IMG/VR virus record: IMGVR_UViG_3300032280_000442 | Location: 192,001 to 256,000 of that record | Length of the DNA stretch: 64,000 nucleotides | Direction: 5' to 3' (one strand) | From: a virus | Lineage: Duplodnaviria; Caudoviricetes | Shown here: positions 57,612 through 64,000 of the stretch, in pieces | How the letters are laid out: every line of letters begins with the position of its first letter | How positions within the stretch are numbered: position 1 is the stretch's first letter | Program-made: the position numbers and the translations under genes | The notes under the pieces: generated by a model | What the model saw: the letters and a program-made list of their open reading frames with translations, nothing else | The model's database searches: none | Told to the model about the DNA's origin: nothing

Positions 57612-58376
57612 ATGAAAAACTACGACATAGTAATTGTATCCCACGAAAAAGATTTCAATAATATTAAATTTATTGTTGAGTATTCTCAAAAAAACTTAAA
57701 GTTTGATTCAATACACTTAATTTTAAGTGAAAGAAAAGAATTCACCGATTTAGAATTGATAAAAACTTTAACAGATAAACCTGTATTTTTACATTTAGAA
57801 AGTAATATTTTAAAGGTTGATAAATCAAGAATTAACCATAGACCAAATTGGATTTATCAAATGTTGTTGAAAATTTTCCAAGATGTTACATTAAACGATG
57901 ATTTTTTAATTATTGAGTCTGATTGTTTAATACTTAAAGAAATTAACTTTTTTGAGGAAGATAAAACAACTTTATATTTATGTCGAGACCAACACCACAC
58001 ACCATATTTTAACTTTAATAATTTATTAGGATTTGGAAGAGAATATAACCATTCATTCATTTCTGAATTTATGATGTATAATAAACAAATAGTAAAAGAT
58101 TTGTTAAATAAATCAAATTGTAAAGATGTTAATGATTTTTTAGAAATTATATATAATAATGTGAATGGGGATTGTTATCCAGCCGATTACGAATTATATG
58201 GTAATTTTTGTATTAAATATCATAGAGATAAAGTAGATGTGAAACATTTAAACTATAATTTTTTTGGGAGAGAATCCACACATAACCCATTTTGGACTGA
58301 CTCAGAAATAATTGAATTAATTAATAGTAATTTAGATAAAGAAGTTATAAGCTTCCATACTTGGGGAGAAAATTAA
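57612..58376 (+). CDS. Putative GT-A fold glycosyltransferase-like protein
   Basis: HEKD, WIYQMLLK, IIESD, SFISEFMMY, DYELYGNF. Confidence 0.55.
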   Translation: MKNYDIVIVSHEKDFNNIKFIVEYSQKNLKFDSIHLILSERKEFTDLELIKTLTDKPVFLHLESNILKVDKSRINHRPNWIYQMLLKIFQDVTLNDDFLIIESDCLILKEINFFEEDKTTLYLCRDQHHTPYFNFNNLLGFGREYNHSFISEFMMYNKQIVKDLLNKSNCKDVNDFLEIIYNNVNGDCYPADYELYGNFCIKYHRDKVDVKHLNYNFFGRESTHNPFWTDSEIIELINSNLDKEVISFHTWGEN

Positions 58377-58380
58377 AATT

Positions 58381-59166
58381 ATGACACTTAAACCTTCGTT
58401 AATAATAGGTAATACGTCTCAATTAAGTTATTATTTCCCCGATACTTTTGAAAAAATATCATCTAGAAATATTGAATTTGATAGAGTTTGTTCACAACAA
58501 TATGATAAAGTTTTTTTGTTGTTTGCAGAACAAAGGACTTTTTTAAATGAGTCTGAGGATTTTTTTGTAAAAACTAATGTTGATTATACTATAGAGGTTA
58601 TTAATAAATTTAAAGATATCTCAAATAAAATCATCATTTATTCAACATCAGAATTGTGGAACAAATATGATGGATGTATATCGTTAAAAGATAGTTACAA
58701 TTATAATTATTCCCCATACATTAAATCAAAAGAAATCCTTTGTAATTACATTAACAATAATAGAGACATTTATCCTAACGTAATTATTATATACCCATTT
58801 AATTTCAATTCAGTTTATAGAAAAGAAGGATTTCTTTTTGGTAAAATATTTGATTCAATATTAAATAATAAAAAAATATCTATCGGAGATATAAATTTTA
58901 ATAGAGATTTAACCCACCCAAAAAATATTGTAGACATTTCATTAAAGGTTAATGAGGATTGCATTATTGGTTCCGGAGAATTAATTAACGTCCAAAAATT
59001 TATTGAGGACATATTTGCAAAATTAAATAAAAACATTATAGATTACATTGAATATGATGATTCTAATAATCTAAAAACAAAAAGAGGTGGATATTATTGT
59101 TGTGATAAAACAATTGATTATGATGACCTCATTAACTTAACAATTAAAGACATATATGAGTATTAA
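58381..59166 (+). CDS. NAD-dependent epimerase/dehydratase-like (extended SDR, degenerate)
   Basis: YSTSE, YIKSK (YxxxK), PFNFNS, RDLTH, IGSG. Confidence 0.6.
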   Translation: MTLKPSLIIGNTSQLSYYFPDTFEKISSRNIEFDRVCSQQYDKVFLLFAEQRTFLNESEDFFVKTNVDYTIEVINKFKDISNKIIIYSTSELWNKYDGCISLKDSYNYNYSPYIKSKEILCNYINNNRDIYPNVIIIYPFNFNSVYRKEGFLFGKIFDSILNNKKISIGDINFNRDLTHPKNIVDISLKVNEDCIIGSGELINVQKFIEDIFAKLNKNIIDYIEYDDSNNLKTKRGGYYCCDKTIDYDDLINLTIKDIYEY

Positions 59167-60307
59167 ATTAGTAAAAGACACGATTGATTTTGATGATATC
59201 AACAAGTTAATAGAATGGTTAAAAACTAACCCAAGATTAACTAAAGGAGAATTAACTACGACTTTTGAAGATTTGTGGTCTAAATGGTTAGGTTGCAAAT
59301 ATTCGGTATTTGTTAATTCAGGGTCATCAGCTAATTTGGCTGCAATATATTCATTAATATTGTCAGGTAAATTAAAAAACAATAAAATTATTGTACCAGC
59401 AGTATCTTGGGTTACAACTGTAACACCTGCAATACAATTAGGTCTAACACCTATTATGTGTGATTGTGATATGGATAATTTAGGATTAGACATTAATCAC
59501 TTAAAAACTTTAATTAAAGAAGAAAATCCTTCTGTTATTATTTTAGTTCACGTATTAGGGTTTCCAAATCATATGTCTGAAATAATTGAATTATGTAAAG
59601 AAAATGATATTTTATTAATTGAAGACACTTGTGAATCAATAGGTTCAAAATATGATGAAAAACATTTAGGAACTTTTGGTGATTTATCTACGTTTTCTTT
59701 TTATTTTGGACACCATATGTCAACAATAGAAGGTGGTATGATATCAACTGATGACGAAGACTTATACCATATTTTACTATCCATTAGGTCACACGGGTGG
59801 GATAGAGACTTACCTATATCAAAACAAAAAGAATTACGTGAAAAATATAAAATTAATGATTTCAAATCATTATACACTTTTTATTATCCAGGATTTAATT
59901 TACGAGCAACAGACTTACAAGCATTCATTGGGATTCAACAAATGGGGAAATTAAATGATATTGTTGAAGGTCGAAATAAAAATTATTTGAGATATCAAGA
60001 AGGTATTAATAATAGTTTTTGGAATGTGAAACCAACAAGTAATTCTTATGTATCAAACTTTTCTTACCCAATAATCACAAAAAATCTTGATAAATTAATA
60101 TCTGAGTTACAAAATAATGATATTGAATGTCGACCTTTAATTTGTGGGTCAATAAATGAACACCCGTTTTGGTATGAAAGATATGGTAAACAAGAATTAC
60201 CAAACTCAAAATTAGTTCACGAATATGGTTTATACTTACCTAATAACCACCAAATGACTGAAGAAGAAGTGACTAAAGTAATTAAAATTGTTAACGAGAA
60301 TATATGA
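59156..60307 (+). CDS. colD: PLP-dependent DegT/DnrJ-family enzyme, ColD-like GDP-4-keto-6-deoxymannose 3-dehydratase
   Basis: VNSGSSANL, EDTCES, STFSFYFGHHMSTIEGG (His at the position of the usual PLP-binding Lys), RSHGWDR, PGFNLR. Confidence 0.7.
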   Translation: MSIKLVKDTIDFDDINKLIEWLKTNPRLTKGELTTTFEDLWSKWLGCKYSVFVNSGSSANLAAIYSLILSGKLKNNKIIVPAVSWVTTVTPAIQLGLTPIMCDCDMDNLGLDINHLKTLIKEENPSVIILVHVLGFPNHMSEIIELCKENDILLIEDTCESIGSKYDEKHLGTFGDLSTFSFYFGHHMSTIEGGMISTDDEDLYHILLSIRSHGWDRDLPISKQKELREKYKINDFKSLYTFYYPGFNLRATDLQAFIGIQQMGKLNDIVEGRNKNYLRYQEGINNSFWNVKPTSNSYVSNFSYPIITKNLDKLISELQNNDIECRPLICGSINEHPFWYERYGKQELPNSKLVHEYGLYLPNNHQMTEEEVTKVIKIVNENI

Positions 60308-61206
60308 GAAAATTATTAGTAACCGGTGGTAATGGTTTAGTTGGTTCTTCCATTATCTCTGATGTAAAAATTGGTAAACAATATGACTTAAGAAATATTG
60401 AAGAAACCAATAAAATGTTTGACTATTATAAACCAACTCACGTTATTCATTGTGCTGGAAAAGTTGGTGGTGTTAGTGCCAATATGGATTATAAAGGAGA
60501 ATTCTTTTATGATAACATAATGATTAATACTAATGTTATTGAATCGTGTAGATTACATAACGTTAAAAAATTAGTATCATTTTTATCCACTTGCGTATTT
60601 CCAGACAATATTGAATACCCTATTACAGAAAAAAAGATTCATTTAGGAGAACCTCACTTTTCAAATTATCCATACGCCTACGCTAAACGAATGGCTGATA
60701 TTCAAATCAGGGCTTACCGAGAACAATATGGGTTAAATTATGTTTCAGTTATACCAACAAACATATATGGACCAAATGATAATTTCTCACTTAATTCAGG
60801 TCACGTAATACCAATGTTACTACATAAAATGTATAACGCTCAAAGAGACAATACGGATTTTGTTGTTTGGGGTAGTGGAACACCATTAAGAGAATTTATT
60901 TATTCTAAAGATGTTGCTAAATTATCTGAATGGGCTTTAGACAATTATGATGAATCCGAACCAATAATATTCAGTAATTCTGTTGAAATTAGTATTATGG
61001 ACTTAGTTGACTTATTAGTAAAAGAATTTAACTTTAAAGGGAAGGTAGTATTTGATAACTCAAAACCGGATGGACAATTTAGAAAACCATCCGACAATTC
61101 AAAATTAAAATCATATTTACCTAATTTTGAATTTACCCCAATTGAAAAGGGATTAAAAGAAACAATAAATTGGTTTATAGAAAATTATGACAAAACAAGA
61201 AAGTAA
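60304..61206 (+). CDS. fcl: GDP-L-fucose synthase / ColC-like epimerase-reductase
   Basis: TGGNGLVG, AGKVGGV, LSTCVFP, YAYAKR, PTNIYGPNDNF, WGSGTPLREF. Confidence 0.85.
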   Translation: MRKLLVTGGNGLVGSSIISDVKIGKQYDLRNIEETNKMFDYYKPTHVIHCAGKVGGVSANMDYKGEFFYDNIMINTNVIESCRLHNVKKLVSFLSTCVFPDNIEYPITEKKIHLGEPHFSNYPYAYAKRMADIQIRAYREQYGLNYVSVIPTNIYGPNDNFSLNSGHVIPMLLHKMYNAQRDNTDFVVWGSGTPLREFIYSKDVAKLSEWALDNYDESEPIIFSNSVEISIMDLVDLLVKEFNFKGKVVFDNSKPDGQFRKPSDNSKLKSYLPNFEFTPIEKGLKETINWFIENYDKTRK

Positions 61207-62176
61207 AATAGCACTAATCACTGGGATTAATGGTCAAGACGGTTCTTATCTTGCAGAATTCTTATTAGAAAAAGGATATGAAGTTCACGGAACTTTAAAA
61301 CGAAATTCAGTATCAGAAAATCAAACATCAAGATTGGATAAAGTATACGATAAAGTTAAATTACATTACGCTGATTTAACCGACCTATCATCATTAGTAC
61401 GTGTTATTAGTGAGGTTAAACCGATTGAAATCTATAATTTAGCCGCTCAATCACACGTAAGAATATCTTTTGACCAACCATTATACACCGCAAATGTTAC
61501 GGGGATAGGAACTTTAAATGTTTTAGAGGCAGTCAAATTATTAAACCCATCTATTAAAATTTATCAAGCATCATCATCAGAAATGTTTGGAAATTCAATT
61601 GATACGGATGGATATCAAAGAGAAACTACACCATTGAATCCCGTATCACCTTACGGATGTGCCAAAGTTTTTAGTTATAATATTTGTCGTAATTATAGAA
61701 ATTCATATGGAATGTTTATTTCAAATGGAATATTATTCAACCACGAATCACCAAGAAGAGGTACTAACTTTGTAACTAATAAAGTTTGTAAAGAAGCCGT
61801 TAAAATAAAACTTGGATTATCCAATGAACTTAAACTAGGTAACTTAGATGCCACTCGAGATTGGGGACACGCAAAAGATTATGTTAAAGTAATGTGGGAG
61901 ATTCTTCAATTGGATAAACCTGATGATTTTGTATGTGCAACAGGAATATCACATTCAGTACAAGACCTATGTGAGTATGTTTTTGGAAAATTAGATTTAG
62001 ATTGGGAATTATATGTAAAACAAGACGAGAAGTTTTTAAGACCGGAAGAATTACATAATTTAAAAGGTGACCCATCAAAATTAGTAAAAGCGACGGGATG
62101 GACTCACGACTATACTTTTGAGAGTATGTTAGACGAAATGATTGAACATTGGTTAACATATTATAAACAACAATAA
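61187..62176 (+). CDS. gmd: GDP-mannose 4,6-dehydratase
   Basis: ALITGINGQDGSYLAEFLL, NLAAQSHV, QASSSEMFG, SPYGCAK, FNHESPRRG, RDWGHAKDYV. Confidence 0.95.
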   Translation: MTKQESKIALITGINGQDGSYLAEFLLEKGYEVHGTLKRNSVSENQTSRLDKVYDKVKLHYADLTDLSSLVRVISEVKPIEIYNLAAQSHVRISFDQPLYTANVTGIGTLNVLEAVKLLNPSIKIYQASSSEMFGNSIDTDGYQRETTPLNPVSPYGCAKVFSYNICRNYRNSYGMFISNGILFNHESPRRGTNFVTNKVCKEAVKIKLGLSNELKLGNLDATRDWGHAKDYVKVMWEILQLDKPDDFVCATGISHSVQDLCEYVFGKLDLDWELYVKQDEKFLRPEELHNLKGDPSKLVKATGWTHDYTFESMLDEMIEHWLTYYKQQ

Positions 62177-62183
62177 TTTTAAA

Positions 62184-62945
62184 ATGGCTGAACAGCGAAA
62201 AAGAAAACCAACAACAACTCCCACTCCGGAGGTAACAGGTAAACCGGTAAGTAAAAAAGATTTAATTACTCAGATTATTAAAAGAAAAACTAAAGAAAAG
62301 TTTTTAACTATAAATCAAAAAAAGTATTATGATACTTTAATAGATAGTGAAATAACAATTTGTTCCGGGCCAGCGGGTGTTGGTAAAAGTTACATAACAA
62401 TGAAAGCAGCAATTGATTTACTTTCGGACCCAAAAACACCTTACGAAAAAATAATTATTGTTAGACCGGCCGTTGAAGCCGAAGAAAAATTAGGTTCATT
62501 ACCAGGTAACGTAGAAGAAAAATTAGACCCATATATTTTCCCCTCTTATTATTTATTAAATAAAATTATTGGAAAAGAGTCTAGAGAAAAATTAAAAGAG
62601 ATTGAAGTTATCGAAGTATTTGCATTAGCGTTTATGAGAGGTATGAACATTGATAATTCTATTTTAATATTTGAAGAAGGTCAAAACGCATCTCCAAGTC
62701 AAATGAAACTTCTTTTAACAAGAATTGGGTTTAATAGTAAATTCTTTATTTCAGGTGATGTTGAACAATCAGACAAATATAAAAACAAAACCTTAAGTGG
62801 TTTATGGGATGCAATTGAAAAATTTAGAGATGATGATTATGTATCAACATTTGAATTTAAAGATAAAAATGATATTGTAAGAAACCCATTAATTAGTAAG
62901 ATATTACGTAAATACGACAACGAACCGGATGAGAATAGCAATTGA
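62184..62945 (+). CDS. phoH: PhoH-like ATPase
   Basis: GPAGVGKS, RPAVE...LGSLPG, FMRG, EEGQN, LLTRIG, SGDVEQSD, IVRNPLI. Confidence 0.92.
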   Translation: MAEQRKRKPTTTPTPEVTGKPVSKKDLITQIIKRKTKEKFLTINQKKYYDTLIDSEITICSGPAGVGKSYITMKAAIDLLSDPKTPYEKIIIVRPAVEAEEKLGSLPGNVEEKLDPYIFPSYYLLNKIIGKESREKLKEIEVIEVFALAFMRGMNIDNSILIFEEGQNASPSQMKLLLTRIGFNSKFFISGDVEQSDKYKNKTLSGLWDAIEKFRDDDYVSTFEFKDKNDIVRNPLISKILRKYDNEPDENSN

Positions 62946-63525
62946 GATTAATGGGGTGTTAAGAAACACATTGGATAAAATCCAACAAACCTATCAAAAA
63001 TATATGATAGATAAAACTGAGGGTTTAGATGACGACGAATCTTTTAAATACGAAATAACCCCACCATTAAACAGTTTAAATCTTAGAAACCATTTTAAAT
63101 TTCAAAATGATGAAGAATTATTTTCATTTTTATACGAAGAATTTCCAATGGAAATATTTGGTCATTCACAATCAACCGAATATTCTACATTCAACGACTT
63201 AAATGAAATATATTTAAATTTGAGAGATAATCACGATATACTGATAGTGTCCGATGAGATTGGTAAATCTAAACCAGCGTCTTTGTTTTTCTTATCAAAA
63301 TTTGGATGTTTGGTTGAAAAAGTAAAATTTTACAGTAATTCAACAATAAATTCGATGTGGGATGAAATAGATGTTTTACTTACATCAAACCCTGCTCTAT
63401 TATTAGAACATCCGGAAGATAAATTTATCATAAAATATCAAACGGAGTACAATAAACATATCAAATCAGACAATTCAATAACATCAATTAAAGAATTAGA
63501 ATTTGAATTAACAAAAATAAAATAA
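62929..63525 (+). CDS. 5'(3')-deoxyribonucleotidase-like HAD-fold protein with degenerate motif I
   Basis: MRIAIEINGVLR in place of DxDGVL; K...FLSK; YNKH near the C-terminus. Confidence 0.5.
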   Translation: MRIAIEINGVLRNTLDKIQQTYQKYMIDKTEGLDDDESFKYEITPPLNSLNLRNHFKFQNDEELFSFLYEEFPMEIFGHSQSTEYSTFNDLNEIYLNLRDNHDILIVSDEIGKSKPASLFFLSKFGCLVEKVKFYSNSTINSMWDEIDVLLTSNPALLLEHPEDKFIIKYQTEYNKHIKSDNSITSIKELEFELTKIK

Positions 63526-63803
63526 TGTTAAAAGTATTAGGGGAAAATTATTATTTGGATTTAGACAAAATAGATGATTACGTCCAAATTAAAGGTGAAA
63601 AAATTAATATAACCGGTGTTACAGAATCCGCGCATATCAGTATCATAAAATACGAAACAGTCAAATTAATGATGGAAATCATTATGGATGAGACGGAAGA
63701 AATTGATGAAACACTCGGAGTTAAAGGAACAAATAACATATCAATACCATTTAAAATTGCGTTTAATACGTTACTATATAAAAAATTACTAAACAAATTA
63801 TAA
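63525..63803 (+). CDS. Hypothetical protein
   Basis: 92-aa ORF; IPFKIAFNTLL. Confidence 0.7.
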   Translation: MLKVLGENYYLDLDKIDDYVQIKGEKINITGVTESAHISIIKYETVKLMMEIIMDETEEIDETLGVKGTNNISIPFKIAFNTLLYKKLLNKL

Positions 63804-63804
63804 T

Positions 63805-64000
63805 ATGAATCAAGAACAAATTTCAAAATTAGAGTTGTCAATTGAGAATATGAAAAATAAGAAATCTAAGATTTATCTTATCACTCAAGACACAAAAGGT
63901 AACGCCAAAGCGTCCATCGCTTATATCTATAGATTAGGTTTGGCATTATTAAACGCAGGATATAATCCAATTATTTTACACGAAACCCCTGATTATAAAG
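63805..64000 (+). CDS. Partial CDS, possibly a glycosyltransferase (runs off the right edge)
   Basis: ATG 63805: MNQEQISKLE...IYLITQDTKGNAKASIAYIY...GYNPIILHETPDY. Confidence 0.55.
   Translation, partial: MNQEQISKLELSIENMKNKKSKIYLITQDTKGNAKASIAYIYRLGLALLNAGYNPIILHETPDYK

Noticed and set aside
1-64000. Stop-codon reassignment (alternative genetic code)
   Set aside because: Genes are full length and densely packed in the standard code; TAG and TGA both serve as stops; the one interruption involves TAA plus a frame change.
1-64000. tRNA or rRNA genes
   Set aside because: Intergenic gaps are short and AT-rich; no cloverleaf or T-loop signature was noticed by eye (a tRNAscan run would be decisive).

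Overview
64-kb, very AT-rich fragment of a large contractile-tailed (myovirus, jumbo-type) bacteriophage genome read in the standard bacterial code. Most genes lack a Shine-Dalgarno sequence, which suggests a Bacteroidota-like host (inference). Left part (1-14.5 kb): tail and neck module (partial tape measure, tail assembly chaperone-like gene, tube, sheath, neck and tail-completion genes) plus an SNF2 helicase. 14.5-18.2 kb: HNH endonuclease and family B DNA polymerase. 18.3-43.7 kb (minus strand): a large cluster of putative virion appendage proteins with mucin-like Pro/Thr stalks, Cys-rich modules, DUF285/BspA-like repeats and a trypsin-like protease, with three glycosyltransferase genes embedded in it, including a GT60 (Gnt1/Gnt2-like) peptide GlcNAc-transferase. 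43.8-46.4 kb: small late genes including a WYL protein. 46.5-64 kb (plus strand): a homing endonuclease followed by a glycan-synthesis locus (GT4-like, GT2, GT25, two GT11, GT47-like, ColD-like/ColC-Fcl-like/Gmd), with dUTPase, a 3'-5' exonuclease and PhoH. The most notable signals are: (i) a candidate programmed ribosomal bypass (GGT-TAA-ATCAA-GGT, 11 nt) with a GC-rich hairpin, directly behind a homing endonuclease, resembling a miniature T4 mobA/gene 60 cassette; (ii) a candidate phage-encoded mucin-type O-glycosylation system; (iii) a candidate +1 frameshift (TTT_CGC) in the tail chaperone; (iv) a conserved TATTTAT(A/C) promoter-like motif. All product calls come from motif recognition by eye; no database searches were run.
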